A stretch of DNA of 63,027 nucleotides, filler included, from Squatina squatina (taxonomy: Eukaryota), in NCBI GenBank assembly GCA_031763465.1. It is 3 parts of 3 records of this genome, joined end to end, with 100 filler letters (N's around TTAATTAATTAA, not from the genome) between each part and the next. Parts side by side here need not be neighbours in the genome. Positions count along the whole stretch, not along the records: positions 1 to 26,848 come from JARFOE010000163.1; positions 26,949 to 40,781 come from JARFOE010000073.1; positions 40,882 to 63,027 come from JARFOE010000046.1. The stretch is one strand, 5' to 3'. Positions 26,540-41,530 of this stretch are shown piece after piece; the stretch's first letter is position 1, and every line of letters begins with the position of its first letter. The notes below the pieces were generated by a model. It was not told the origin of the DNA and did no database searches. It saw only the letters and a list, made by a program, of their open reading frames with translations. The position numbers were made by a program, and so were the translations under genes.

Positions 26540-26848
26540 AATGAAGAACTTGCAGTCCCATAACACCTTTCATGACCTCAGGATGTCCCAAAGCGCTTTG
26601 CAGCCAATGAGGTGCTTCTGACATGTATTCACTGTTGTAATGTAGGAAACCCAGCAGCCAATTTGTGCAAATCAAGCTTCCAGGAAACATCAATGTGATA
26701 ATGACCAGATAATCTGTTTTAGTGATGCTGATTGACGGTTGGCCAGGACACTGGGGAGAACTCCCCTGCTCTTCTTGGATTCTACGTTTACCTGAGAGGG
26801 TGGAGGGGGTTCTTGGTTTAACGTTTTATCCAAATGACTGCACCTCTG
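26540..26848 (-). mobile_element. Deu-domain SINE copy
   Basis: Reverse complement of 21850-22170. Confidence 0.75.
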
Positions 26849-26948
26849 NNNNNNNNNNNNNNNNNNNNNNNNNNNNNNNNNNNNNNNNNNNNTTAATTAA
26901 TTAANNNNNNNNNNNNNNNNNNNNNNNNNNNNNNNNNNNNNNNNNNNN
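26849..26948. other. Synthetic concatenation linker 44N-TTAATTAATTAA-44N
   Basis: Palindromic 12-mer with stops in all six frames, symmetric N padding, exactly 100 nt in total; repeated at 40782-40881. Confidence 0.92.
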
Positions 26949-29900
26949 TGTCCATACGCCTACACATATCACTTTTGTATGGCTTGCTGTCTGTATTTGC
27001 AAATGAGAAAGAAAATGTAAAAGCAACAAACTGGGAAGCGTGAATGACCGCTAATTAAATGAACTGTCCATCACAACACATAAGCCCTTAGTGCACTGAT
27101 TGCATAAAATATAATGAGCAAAAAGGTAGAATTATTTGTTTTAACAAGGGAAGGAGAGCCATCGTCTTGTTTTCTTGCACAAAAACAGAAAAATAGTAAG
27201 AAAAGGTTAATTCAGATCTAAAGTGCTTCGACACAAGAAAGGTAGGAGGCTATATTCAATGGTCTTGGTTCTGCATTTAGCCGCCATTCATTTAGACAAT
27301 GTGTCAATCTTCTCTGAATAGCAATTTACTCTATAATTTAGAACTGAAGGCACAGAACTGTGTGAAAGACAGAGCCATTTATGAGCTTGTTACGTTGACT
27401 AGTTGCCATCAACCATCATTGTTAGGATTGCTTTTTCATATAAAAATAATTACCCTCTATCATATATGAAAGCTTTCACAGTAATTCCAGCACAACTACA
27501 TCCTCTGTAATATTTCCTTGCTGTCATTGGGTAACAGACAAGCTACACTATCAACATTGGCTCCTAATCACCTGAGGAACTAGCGACAGCTTTAGCTCAA
27601 CTTTGCTGACTGGCAGCTCTGAATAAATTGAAGGAAACATTAGAACAATACTGTGGTGTGATAAGCTACCTAATGAATGTAAAGCAGAGGGAATCAGTCT
27701 AGGTTTTTGTACTATCAGTGTTAGGCATGGGACTATCTGAACAAATAAGCCTGAGTTGCCATAGAATGTTAATTTTGGGAAGGTCTATGTATTGATTTGT
27801 GATATTGCTATGCAATAAATATTGTATATAAAAAATGCCAACCTAAAAAACTAGAAATCCCTATTTAAAAACGTCGGGGCAAAATTGCCCCTTTTTATAG
27901 CCCCGTTAGCCCCTCCGCTGTCGGCACGTTATTTAAAGAGGAAGCTTTTAGCGAATAGTAAAATGAGAACCTTTAAAATTGGACATTTAGGTCACGTAAT
28001 CACACAGGGACACAGTCATGTCGGAAGNNNNNNNNNNNNNNNNNNNNNNNNNNNNNNNNNNNNNNNNNNNNNNNNNNNNNNNNNNNNNNNNNNNNNNNNN
28101 NNNNNNNNNNNNNNNNNNNNNNNNNNNTATTTTTAAACGCAATTAGCGGTTGGTGTCGTCCGTTATAGCAGAAGTCCACATTCATAATTTCCATCGCTAC
28201 CAAAATTCCTTCCCTTTAAATAAAGTGACAGCAATTTTAATAAAACCCACATCACTTCACCACATTGCAATTAGTTATTGATGTTTAATTCACGTAGTGC
28301 CAAACTGCAGATTTACATTTTCATGTTGTGTAAAACTGCTTGAACAGTATTGAACATTTGGGACCTGTGGCATTATTTACAATAAATTTAATCAGCTGTC
28401 AGCTAAATGAAGGTACATTTGCATTGCTTTAGTGCTTTACCATTGATTTCTCTCTTCAGGATTGCATTTCTATTATGAAACCCATTTGAGAACTTGGCAA
28501 CACGGCCAAATCGGCACCAATTAATTTGGTTACACTTCCTGACTATGCGCACAGCTATAATGGGACAATATTGACCTTTTGATCCAACTTGATATTAAAA
28601 CATACATGTTTCCATTGATCTGTGCTTTGTAGCAACAACTTAATACATCATAATCAATATTGAGCTTGTTCTGTATAAGATGGCCCCCTGGGATTTCACA
28701 TAATGAAGGTTAACTGATTAAGTAATGCATCAATCTGGGCTTTTCGCTGATCGTCCACGTTGGATCAGCTGATCGGAGAAACCTCTGAGGAAATCCCAGC
28801 GAGAGCGTAAAACATATATTTGAATTTTCTCTCTTAAATTTTTGTAACTTTTAAAAGAAAATACGCGCAATTGTTAAAAAGTAAATTCTGTTTGAATGTA
28901 CACGGTAGATTCAGTGATGGAAATAGTTAATTGGCTAATTGTCCTGATAACATTCATTGAAGTAAAGCTCATGTCATCTAAGTGCTCTCTAAGTGCAACT
29001 GCTTACAGTACTGCCAACCTCTGATCAAGCTCAAGCCTATGGAACCGAATCCTATAAAAATCAGCGAATATTCAAATAGTAAAGGTTGATTCANNNNNNN
29101 NNNGGACTGTGGACAGCATGAAATCATGGTGGTTATTTGTTGTGTCGGGACCATTATGAAAGCAATTAGATTCAGATTGCTGGGATACAGTTGTCATGCT
29201 GGGCTGATTAAAAAATATTATTGACCCAGTGATAACCTTAAAATGATTTCTTCCTACTTGACCTTTGTGCTTCTGTTTTGCAAACATTTTGCACATTTGA
29301 TTGCTTGACACTGATTATTGACGTATGTAAGTTATGAGTGAAATCTTGCAACCTGTGAAATGCAAACATCTTGGGCTTTGAAATGCCAAGAAGCCACTTC
29401 GTCATTAGATCATGGCATTTTGATGTCAACGTGTAACCTCAGCCGACAGTTATAAAACGTAATATTTGATTTAAAGCTACCATTTGATTAATACAGATGC
29501 AGAGCCATGTGAACATATGCTTCTTTTGGGTACAGATTATCACAAGCATCTGTGGGCAGTTTAGTTCAACCAGAACTTTTCCAGGACACATTTGAGCAAC
29601 AGAAACTTTTATTTCCATTGTGAAGAATGGTGTAGCTGTTTCATGGATGTGGCATCTTGGTACTTATTNNNNNNNNNNNNNNNNNNNNNNNNNNNNNNNN
29701 NNNNNNNNNNNNNNNNNNNNNNNNNNNNNNNNNNNNNNNNNNNNNNNNNNNNNNNNNNNNNNNNNNNNCGAATAGCCTACTCCTGCTCCTATTTCTTATG
29801 TTCTTATGTTCCGACCCACTTGCAGTCTAACATTTCTAGCATGCAGAATTGTGAAAAGTAGTAAGAAACATGAAATATTTGACAATGTTGGCACAGCAAT

Positions 29901-32900
29901 CAGCTATGGAAGTCAAAACTGATATTATCCTATCAAGGTATACAAGCTGGGAAAGTATATTGGCTAAAGAATATGAATGTTGAAGTTATTTCAAAGCGTT
30001 GTGATGATCTTTAGCAAAAGCTCAGCTGACTTTAGCAGGCAAACTCTTGAGGGTAATATAGCATGTACTGACACTGCACTTAAATGTAAATTAGTTCAGC
30101 ATAACGCCAATAAATTAGGGCGGTGTTTGTGATTGTTGACAAACTGCCTCTTCTGCAATGAATTAAAATAGAATGAAGTTTGCAAATATTTTATAGGTTG
30201 GCAGTCGTGCCAAGAAGCATGACAGGAAGTGCCATGGGGGCCATAAATTTTTGCGAGAACTTTTCACTACCAGCAGTTTTACTGTTCTCATTGTTATAGA
30301 CAATTTATTCACTGTAGGAACACACTGTTTTAATAATGTTAACAGATTCCCATTTTCAGGCTCTATTCTTAGCTCCATCTCATTATGCCGTTCTGTCTAT
30401 TCTCTGGGTAGTCATAATACTCTCCATTAATGGGCTGGTTATGCAGGCAGCCTGGTCATTATCAGTTTCAGGTGAAGCAATTACTGACAAAGCATTCTTA
30501 GACTAACTTCGCTGCAAGATAATGAAGCATGACTTTCCACCCTTCAGCCCCTAGCGACCCCATCACTTTGGGTCATTGTGCTTCTTCATAATGATGGGAA
30601 AAAAAATCAGCAAGATACAAAAAGTTGATTTNNNNNNNNNNNNNNNNNNNNNNNNNNNNNNNNNNNNNNNNNNNNNNNNNNNNNNNNNNNNNNNNNNNNN
30701 NNNNNNNNNNNNNNNNNNNNNNNNNNNNNNNTGGCTACCTGTCTTATTTTCAGTATTCGAGTGAAAAAGTGGGAAGGCAGCTTTGTGATGTTGGTGATGC
30801 ATCCACATGTTCTGCAAGCTGAAATGGTGGCAATTTTAAACCATCAGTATCAGTGAAAATGCTCCATCATGAGCTGCCATTTGCTTTGCTAATCCAGCAT
30901 CTAAATTCAGATCCTGATTCTGAAGAACCTCAAGTTCAGGCCCACTGAATCCAAAAGCAAATTTGCAAGCTGAAGTCCTGATGAATACAAAGGCTCATAC
31001 CTACCAATATTGGACCTCTCTGACAAGCTAGACACATATTTACCTGGTTTTACCTGCACTGCAGAAGCAGTGGAACCTCTCTGGTGAAGCTAGATGCTTA
31101 CTCAGAGTAAGTACATTTGAGCTTTGAACATTTTGTTCCTTGACTGTAATTAGGTTTCAGTCAGATGCTTTTCTCATTTCATATTAGTTTTAAAAAAGCA
31201 TAAAAAATTGTAGTAGATCAAATGCTACAGTGAAGAAAGGAATTATTTTCTGTTAGAACTCAATTTAGTTCAATATAAACGCTGCTAAAACACATTATAA
31301 TGGTAATTGCTATCTAATATGCTGTGAAGGCCTCCATGCCATTGCATTAAAGTGTATGTTAGCATGAAATCCTGAAATATTAAACTCACAGTTTTGCAGG
31401 GAACCCAAAGCAATTTAACCTTTTCTGACCCTGAAAGTATTTCTCAGCGTTGTCCCTCATTCAGCATACAGAACAATATCATGTTGTAGCTCATCAAATT
31501 TTCAGATTATGCTTTGTATATTAGTAATCTTTATTCAAGAGATTGAACAATAAAATCAAATGAGGCCAAGTTCACCTCCTTCCTGAACAGCTTTCTTTCC
31601 CGTGTGTTTCACAAGTGGTATTAAGGTAATTACACGTGTTGGAAGAGGTATTGTATTTCCCTGCGGATTCAGATGGTTGTGTGAACATTCCAGCTCACCT
31701 TTCTAATTGAATGACATGGATCCTTTTCACTTGAATCAGCAACCCACAAGTATCTACAGGTCTTGGGCACAGCGCTGAAAAGTAAGTGTTCCCTGTAAAG
31801 AGTTGTATCAATGTCTTGCTTTGTACTTACAATAATACGCCTCATTTGCTAAACTGGCAATTAATTTGGTTGTGCTAAATTAGACTTTAAAAATAGGCTA
31901 TTGAATGTGAAATACCTCACAGCTCCATTGCAAATTAAAATTGAATTCCATGAACAGCTTACGACAACAAGATCTCATAGAAGGAAGTTCTGATTAATTA
32001 ATTTAACAGACCAGTTTGAAAACGAATCTATTTACCCCTTTGCCCCCACCTCTACCCCACATGCCCTCAAGAATCCTCGATACCTTCAACTAAAGTAAGA
32101 NNNNNNNNNNNNNNNNNNNNNNNNNNNNNNNNNNNNNNNNNNNNNNNNNNNNNNNNNNNNNNNNNNNNNNNNNNNNNNNNNNNNNNNNNNNNNNNNNNNN
32201 TGATGTTATCAGTGAATAAGATTAATGGAAATGTCAGATCAGGGATGAAACACTCGCCAGCAGCTTTTCCTCTTTATTTGAAATGAGAAGTTGAGAATAC
32301 TTCTGGTTATCACATTGAAAACTCATCTAGCAGCCATCTCCCTATGTATGACCCCAGTGATATCTCCTGTCATATGGGCCTTTGTAAATGGAGAATCAGA
32401 ATTAGTTTCTATCAGTATGATTTAATTGAAACCTTTGCTAAAATTGTCTCGGGTAGTAGGTTGTGGTTAGATCCAGTATGACAGATGCACATGCACAGTG
32501 TGGTGCGGTTTTGTAAATGGTCACTTCAAAACTCTGGCTTCACTTTCAACTTGCTTATTCCTATGATGCATTGTGCCAATTGAACATGCTCAATGGACAG
32601 CATGTTGTCCCATTGTGAAAGCCATGTACCAACAAGTCAAAGGTTTAGTGACAACTGAGAACTTCCCAGCAAGATGCCTTGGTAATTTCACATAGTCTTA
32701 CTTAGTATTATATAGTGTTTACATCAGAGAAACAGGCCATACAACCCAACAGATCCTTGCCAGTGTTAATGCTCCANNNNNNNNNNNNNNNNNNNNNNNN
32801 NNNNNNNNNNNNNNNNNNNNNNNNNNNNNNNNNNNNNNNNNNNNNNNNNNNNNNNNNNNNNNNNNNNNNNNNNNNNTTATGGAACCACTTAAAGTTAACG

Positions 32901-35900
32901 TTATGAAGGAAGAGGCAGAACAAGGCCTTGTGCCCAACCTCTGATTAAGGCCCTGGCGCAGTGACTGCAGAATAGAAAACTTGGAAGTTATCCTTTGTCA
33001 TCCACATATCCTAGATTAGGTAAGAGAACTTGTTTCCCTTCATAAACTTTATGTTTCAGGCATGTATTCAGGTACGGTATCTCTTCCATACAGATAACGT
33101 TGACTATGACAATCAAGAAGCAGATATCCAGAGGCCTCAGATGATAATCTCGCTTCAGAATCCATGCAAGGCTGGCTAAATTATTTTTATTGTTGACTTC
33201 GCCTGGATTTTATTTAGTGCGATTATTGTAAAAAACAAAACCTTCAAATGTATTCAGGGTTACCAATCTGAAAGAAATTTCCATCTAAGATATCTGCTAT
33301 GTTCTTTTATACATGTACTGAACTCTTTAGACATCAGCCAACAACAGACAAAGTCTGCAGACTATTTGGTGAAAGTCAATGAAGGATATTTTAATGTCAA
33401 TGGCTTGCTTCTAACCATGTGATTGTTAGGCAAGAATTTACGGTCTCTGTGACGGCATATGCTCAGCTTATGCCATTATAAGCCTTCTGCAAGGCCCAAT
33501 ATGTTTCCACATCCGGAACTTGTAATCTGCCAAGGTATGCCTTGACAGATCATCCGAACCGTTTAGAAAACCACTTTCGCTGGCGCAGAATTGAGCTATT
33601 GCCCAACTACTGCTCAGGAATTGCCCACGAAACCCTTGCGCTTTGTAAAAGCAGGCATAGGGCCTGCTTTCATCAGCGTAAGGGTTATTATAAATCTTAA
33701 ATTAAACATTTAAAAATAAAAAATGATGCACAAACATTTCATTAGTTTATGCAGATATTGGCCTGGATTAAAATTTTTACAATTATTTTTCAAAAAATAA
33801 AATATTTATTATATTTGATGTAATGAAAGGAGTTATAAATAAAATTGAAATTCAGAACATTTAACTTTATTAGAATTGTCCAAATCATTTAATTATTTGG
33901 GTATTTCATTGCATGTCATTAGGGGATTTTGTTCCTAAATGACTGCAATGNNNNNNNNNNNNNNNNNNNNNNNNNNNNNNNNNNNNNNNNNNNNNNNNNN
34001 NNNNNNNNNNNNNNNNNNNNNNNNNNNNNNNNNNNNNNNNNNNNNNNNNNTCTTTGCTGCTTTTCTCATCACAGAGACAGTCAGAGTATTGATTGGAGTG
34101 CAAAATCCAATTACTCAAAGAAGCTTTTAATAACTTGCTGAATTTTCACTACTCTTGGCCAAACAGGCTGGAGAGAGCTTACATCTGGCCTTATATTGAT
34201 TGAAAAGGAGGGATTGTCAAAGCAGCTCTGAGGTAATAGAAATTGGTTTGCTGTAAAGCAGTGACTGAGAGCCCAAATGAGTATGACAGAGAGCAAAGAG
34301 GCTTTGATCACCTGTAATTTTTCTATTAGAAAGTGATTGCCTGGGATACCGAACATTTCACGTAAAATGTAAAATATCACATTTGTCTCATTGCCCTTTG
34401 CCTATCTGGGATGCAAATCTAACCAAGAGACAGGTGACAAAATAACATTCATTTTGATGTGCTGTGACTTATCACCGAAAAAAACTAATGCTAGCAGTCA
34501 GTCTATTCCCAATTCATTCTGAACAAAAATCTATTATGAGTTTGACAGCCTTAGCTGAAAGAAGCTTAGGTTGAAAATATGGTGTGAAATAGCACTCTTG
34601 TGCAGTACAAGATGGTTTGACGTGCTTGTAGGCGCATGGCTGGAGCAAATTTTAGCTCTGTCAGCTTTTAACTGAATACCCCCAAGTGCTTTGTGAATAT
34701 TTACCCACCTCATTAACTTAAGAAGTCCACCTATTATTTAATGCAGTGATCAGCCAGCAGAAAGGTTATGTACACATTCTGCAAACAAACTGTTTCAACA
34801 AGAATGCATAGATTATTTATTTACAAAATAACTGGACCCAAAATTTCCCAGGCCTCAGCGAGGGGGAACAGGAAGAAGCAGCGGTGGGTACTGGACCAAA
34901 TTTTGGGAAGGAATTTCCTTTGCCTGGATCACCTCCCCTTTTCCCTGATTTTCAATTTTGCTGGAAATGTCTTCATAATATGNNNNNNNNNNNNNNNNNN
35001 NNNNNNNNNNNNNNNNNNNNNNNNNNNNNNNNNNNNNNNNNNNNNNNNNNNNNNNNNNNNNNNNNNNNNNNNNNNNNNNNNNAACCAATTCATTATCTGA
35101 TTCCAATTTTCTCTTGGATCTCAAACTCTCACGACAGTTGCAACACTTCTTTGAGGGATCTGATTAAATGCCTTTTGAAATGCAAGATATAATAGTCATC
35201 ACTATCCTCTCATTTCGAAATCTTGTTAAAAATCCCAATAAATTTATAAGGAAATATCTCTTCCTCATTTCCTAAACCTTTCAATCAATTCAAAGATGCA
35301 ACCTTTTGATTATCTAATCTTTGACGTCCAAATAACTCCTTGTTTCAAGAATTCTTCAGGGAACCAGATATGTACATAATTAGATTTTAATAAAGTTCTC
35401 ATAGGATAGTATGAGTGAAGAGTCCTGTCAGTTACACACAATCGACTTAGAGATAACCAGAGACTGTTAATGGACCTGATCTATTTGATCCATCAGTAAA
35501 TGGATGGCGAGTTGAGCTCAGATTTTATGAACCTAGCAAAAGGATTCTCGGAAACAAATGCTGCAAAAAGTAAAAGAAGCTCATGAATGACAAATTCATT
35601 GTATTCCTTCAACAGAGGACTTTTAAATGATATTCTATAGAACTGTCCTACAGTTGCTAAAGCAACATGGCAAGGTCCAGCCTCGTCTCATGATTTATAA
35701 TACAATTTTATGAAAACAGCAAGATAAAAGGCTTGACATTTTCCATGCTATTATACTTTGCCATTAATGAAAGGTTCAGAGAAGAAAATGACCTTTTCAC
35801 AATGGAATTGCAAAATTTGCCCTGGAATCCTCCATCACTCCCCATCGGCTCCCACCTCTGCTNNNNNNNNNNNNNNNNNNNNNNNNNNNNNNNNNNNNNN

Positions 35901-36669
35901 NNNNNNNNNNNNNNNNNNNNNNNNNNNNNNNNNNNNNNNNNNNNNNNNNNNNNNNNNNNNNNCCCCGATGACATAGTCAACTCATAAAAACAATATCCCC
36001 AAATATTTCTATGAGACAAGCCGCACTTGTTTCAGTTGTTCAAATTGGGATAAAACTTGGAAGTTTGCAATGACCTTAACTTATTCCCCAATTCAGGTTT
36101 TCATTAATTTTGGTTCTCACTTCTAATACACTGTTTTCAAAATCTGCAAATGTGAGAAACAAGCCAAAACAAGTTGTGGTCGCCTTTGTGCTCTGAGGGA
36201 GATAGAAGTGTAAATAAAGAATAGAATTTCACAGATTAATATTCGCAGGTTGTAATGTCTCCTATAAATAGTGAAAATTGCTCCTGCAGTATTATTCAGA
36301 TGTAATTTATAGTGTTCCTGCTACTTTCGCAGAGTCTGCTGTCAAGGTAGAATTTGTGCCATCACAGATCTTACTGGTTGGAGAAGCTCATAAAAATAAT
36401 GTAAATATAATCCAGAGTCTCTTGAAGTAATGNNNNNNNNNNGCACATAAATCCTGGATGTTTATGAGGCTTGTTTAGTGTGTATGTTAGTCTGTGTAAC
36501 TATCTGTGTATAACATCAATGGTAGATATAGTAACAAGAGCAAGATGATCTTCCCCCGGATTTGATTCATTTTGTAGTGTTGCTTTCATTCCACTTTTTG
36601 TGGTTGTATCTCAGTATTAGAATCCCAACTTGTCAACTGTCTTCAAGTGGCAACTTGCCTCCATTGGGG

Positions 36670-36920
36670 GCCCTCTTACCTCTCGATCAAAGCACATTGT
36701 GACACTTCGGCACAATACTGTGGGAGCATTGCATTGTTGGAGATGCTGTCTTTCAGATAGAAGGTTTAACCAAGGCACTGCCTGCTCAGGTAGACATAAG
36801 AGGTTCCATGGCACTACTTGAATGAGATCAGGGAGCTCTCCTAGTTTCTTGGCCAACATTCCTTCCTCCACCACCAAAGCAAGACTACCTGCTCATTCAT
36901 CCATTCTTTTGTTTGTGGTA
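36670..36920 (+). mobile_element. Deu-domain SINE copy (partial)
   Basis: Similar to 21800-22040 (gtctttcagatagaaggtttaaccaagg...ccatggcactacttgaa...ttggccaacatt). Confidence 0.65.
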
Positions 36921-39900
36921 NNNNNNNNNNNNNNNNNNNNNNNNNNNNNNNNNNNNNNNNNNNNNNNNNNNNNNNNNNNNNNNNNNNNNNNNNNNNNNNN
37001 NNNNNNNNNNNNNNNNNNNNAGGTCTGTGACAGTCTGTCTTGAGAAAATTGGTGCCTTGTGGCGATTACAACAAGTCAATAAAATCGTTGAGGGAGTTCA
37101 GTAGCATACAATTCTTGGGGTCTGACCTACAGTTCAGTAATGATTTTCAATTTCTGTCACATTATAAGAATGAAAAACTCTTGTGTGTTTCATCATGGTT
37201 TCAACTGACCTGTCAACTGAATACTTAGCCTCCATTAGAAGCGACTGAAAAACTGTAATGAGATGGGACTCCTGTGTCATGCTTGAAAACCAATTCAGAC
37301 AGACGCTGGCATGTAACATTAATCTCCAGCATAAATCTGAGCTCAATGACTGCCCATTTAAATGCTTTGCAAATTATTGCATAAAAATGGTGCAACTTTG
37401 CTCCATAAGTTATCAGTGCAACAGTAACGGTTACAATTTCAAAAGCATGTTGGGAAAGGATCACTGTACTCTCCTCGCACTACTTGATGTGATCGATTCT
37501 GTCTTGCAAAGACTGTCAGTTTGGTTGATGTAGCTAGTGACGATCGGTGAACTGCGTTTAGTCGATTTGCATTAGCTTCTGTACCACTTGAGTCCGCTGT
37601 GGGTTTTGATAATGCAGTGGCGTAATCAATTACCTACGATGTAATCACCATAGCTTATTTGCAAATATGTCTCCTGTCATGCTGTACAAAAGAATCCTGC
37701 AGTTCAGATGAAAATTTTGTTTTTGGGCTGTGCAAGATCTAAAATATTGACATTAGTATGTGTTGTGGAAATCTGGTTTTGCTGTTACAGCCAAATAGGA
37801 TAAAGTTCTAACAGGCAAATGTAAGTAAATTAATGAAATATCAATTTTAATATGTAATTTATTTCATTTAGAAAACATGCTGTTAAAGATGCGATATTCC
37901 CCAGGCCATTTATATTCTGGTCACAGAAAAAAAATTAGAAAATCCATTTTAATGTTCTGAGAAATATTATTTTTTCATAAAATTGTACTTGGAACACAAA
38001 TGCAACTTTTGAATACCAGTAATATTTTATTCATATATGTGGATTCAAAAATGTATTTTTAAACTTGTATTTAATAAAAGGAATAAAAACATAGGTTACC
38101 TACATGGTAGAGTCCTCATTCTTTGAGCAATGTGCATCCTTGTGTAAGCGTTCAATAGGTTCTGGGGAACCAAGTACTGAGCACACACGAAATGTCATCC
38201 CGATGTTGCAGATCGGCAAGTGGTTTCCATCTTATAAAACCTCCAGGATCTGTGCCAGTGCTAAACTACAACAGCTCACCACCAACCTCCCAAAAACGAT
38301 ACCCCTCCCAAGCTCGTGGGATTGGTGGCATGCAAAACCTTCAATGAATGGAAGACCCTACCTGGTAAGAAATCCATCTTTCTTCTTCATTTCACATCTT
38401 CCACCATAGAAACATGCCAAAACAGTACAAAATCAGGAGGGGGTGGGGCCTGCACAGCATGCTAGCCACAACAGCAGATGTCAGAAATAATCTGCCAATG
38501 GCTCGGTCGTATACTGCAGTTAAATCCAGACCGTAGCATTTGGTAATTAAATGTCTGCTGGGCAGTATTTCACCACTTCTAAAGATACCTTGAATACAAA
38601 CTGGATCATGACTTTGAGTAGGTTTTCAACTAAACTATTAAATAAAAGCCTGTAACTTAATTATTTTTATGCNNNNNNNNNNNNNNNNNNNNNNNNNNNN
38701 NNNNNNNNNNNNNNNNNNNNNNNNNNNNNNNNNNNNNNNNNNNNNNNNNNNNNNNNNNNNNNNNNNNNNNNNTTATACTCTCCCGCCCCGAACACTCTGT
38801 CCTTTGACTTTGGCCTATTGTGCATCTTGCCCTACCAGCACCCTATCATTCACACCTGTGCCAACAGCTGGCTATGCCCCACAGCCTGGAATTCCGTCCC
38901 CAAATCTCTCTGTCTCTGCACCTCCCTCTCCTTCTTTAAGGTCCTCCTTCAAAACCGCCTCTTTGTCCAAGCTTTCGGTCACCCCTCCTAATATTTCCTT
39001 CTTTGTATTGGTGTCTATTTTGTCTGTTTATTCCTCTGTGGTGCACCTTGGCGTATATAAATGCAAGTTGTAGTATTTAACCACTGTCTCTTGTTTAATT
39101 GCAATTTCCTTACTCTTTTTGACATTGCTGGTGTCAAGCCCTATGGACCACTTGACCACCTGGGATTCTCAGTAATAATAAAGAAGACATTTCCTGAGTC
39201 AGAGATCATCATGCCTCAGCTTCAAGCTTCTTTTAAATGGAGAATGTGCATAACATTTTAAGTACAGATTTTCTCTAATGAACATTTCAATGCCTCTTTG
39301 TGTGAGCTCCAAACTTCTTTGCCTTGCATGAAAAAGCCTCAATAGATAATAAATTCAGCACCACTCTTATCTATAAATGATGGTCCCTTTTGACTGAAAT
39401 AAAGAATTAAATAACACAGCCCAAGAATGGAGAGTTTTAATTAAAAACACAGTTAACTGGGCCTAGTTTACTTCAAAAACAAATTATTACACAAAGATTC
39501 TTACACGTGTTAATACAGATTTATTTGATGAAATAAATGTTGGTTCAGCTAATAATCTAGTGATAAAACCACGGTGACGACTGATGTGCTTCAAATTTAG
39601 CCAACAAACGTTCTAGTTATCTAACCTTAGCACAAACTAATAGAACAACTAGCTTACTCCCTGTAACATAACATCAGGGGGCAATACAAAGAACTGATGT
39701 GACACAAGGTTACAGGTAATTTAGCATAAAGAGATTGTTTTTCCTGGGATTGACAAAAAAATAGCAGGGTTGAATATTGTTGACAGCACTAGCGCGTCGA
39801 GGCTTGTTTAAGTGAATTGTTGGTTGTGACGCAGCTGAGGTGATGGCAGGAGTGTCAGGTGGATGGGCTGCTCCACTTAAAGAAACTACCAAGGGAGGCA

Positions 39901-40781
39901 GATTCCTAATTTACAGACACTTCAATACAGCTGGACTCATTCAAATACTACAGGGGCGAGGATTGTAAATGCAAGTGCACTTGCTTCAAAGTTCAAATTG
40001 AATGGGAAGGCTGCCAGAAATTTGTGCCATACTGAGCTCTTCAGAGAACAAAATGTTCAAGGAAATAAATAAAAACAAAGCAAAGCTTTCAGGATTTAAA
40101 AAGAGGAAATTAACAGACAGCATAAAATTTAACAAACAAAATTTATTAGAAGAATAGTGTTTTTGTACTGAAACTGAGCCTAGCAACCAGTGAGTACTAC
40201 AAACACATTATAGTTAGAATTTGTGTTATGTTGAAACTCCATGTTATTCTTCTGCGATAACAATCAAAAATTCCCACATGCACAGAGACAGAATCAATGT
40301 TTCCCAACATACTGTACAATGCAAAAGACCACACAAATTACAAAAAATCTAAAAGTACTGGTCACTTACAGTAAGACACAGGGTATTTCAGTATTCCAGT
40401 TGAAATTAATTTGCATTTTTAAAACAAATCAATTAACAGTAGTGCAAAAAAAAGTGCCACAACAGCAGTACAAGACATTGATAATAAATGGACACAGAAT
40501 CAAGAAATACATTTATAAACAACGGCAAAATAAGCTTTTTAAAAAATTAGACAATTCTTTCGGACTGTAAACTGTCATTATAATTACAAGGTCAAGCAGA
40601 CTAAATGGGCACCTGTTTTTTGAACATTACCTGAATCTGGAATGATGAGCTAGTTTGAGAATAGGGCAGTATTGGGAAGTACCGTGGTAGCAGTGCTCAA
40701 AATCCAGCCAGGGCTATTTGGGGTCACGTGTGTACCACAGCAGACTTGCGGCATCACACATCACTGGGCTTTAAATCATAA

Positions 40782-40881
40782 NNNNNNNNNNNNNNNNNNN
40801 NNNNNNNNNNNNNNNNNNNNNNNNNTTAATTAATTAANNNNNNNNNNNNNNNNNNNNNNNNNNNNNNNNNNNNNNNNNNNN
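40782..40881. other. Synthetic concatenation linker 44N-TTAATTAATTAA-44N
   Basis: Identical structure to 26849-26948. Confidence 0.92.
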
Positions 40882-41257
40882 GAATGGCCTACTCATGTTC
40901 CTATGTTCCACTGCTGCACCTCAACTCCAAGAGCACGAAGCTCAAATTCACGTAACTGCAGAATTGTCTCCAGCAGTTTAAATTTAGGATACAAGAGAGC
41001 CAGTATCAGAAATGTTGGAATGGCTGTGGAAATTTGACAAATAAAGTATAGTTCCTAATACAACTCCTTCCCCCAAATGCTTATTTCTCTGCCCTATGGT
41101 GTACTGTAGGTACAAACAGGAAGCCAAAGCTTTAGATTTACTGTTCCCAACCAGTTGACACGACAGCTCTTCATTCCATGTGACACCAATAATCTTTTCA
41201 CACTAGAAGATGGGCAATTTGGAATTCAGTTTAACTACTTCGGTGGAACATACTTAC

Positions 41258-41362
41258 CTGTGTGACCAAAGGTTCCAACAGACGTTCCACTGCCAAAGTC
41301 CTTATTTCCAGATTTTTCGGATCCCATTTGAAGTTAATATTTTGAGTGTTGATGGTCGTCAT
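41258..41362 (-). CDS. CTNNA1: Alpha-catenin first coding exon (MTTINTQNINFKWDPKNLEIRTLAVERLLEPLVTQ)
   Basis: Manual minus-strand translation matches the CTNNA1 N-terminus (NINFKWDPKSLEIRTLAVERLLEPLVTQ). Acceptor tttttaatctggcag 10 nt upstream of the ATG; donor CAG|gtaagt; 105 coding nt. Not in the ORF track. Confidence 0.92.
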
Positions 41363-41530
41363 GCTTGCTTATCTGCCAGATTAAAAAGGCGCACATTATA
41401 ATTAACAAGCGGAGTTTTAAAAACTAAAGAAAGCAGGGTCAAAGGAAAACCAACGAGCAAAATAACACAATTTTTAGATCAGAGATGAATTATGCAGTCA
41501 AGCCACAAGGGCAAACTGCAGATGACAACT

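Noticed and set aside
26893-26904. TTAATTAATTAA as a homeodomain site or piggyBac footprint
   Set aside because: Symmetric N padding and an exact recurrence mark it as a synthetic linker.
38104-38409. 101-aa ORF with a possible donor (ctg|gtaaga)
   Set aside because: No recognisable homology and no supporting neighbouring exons.
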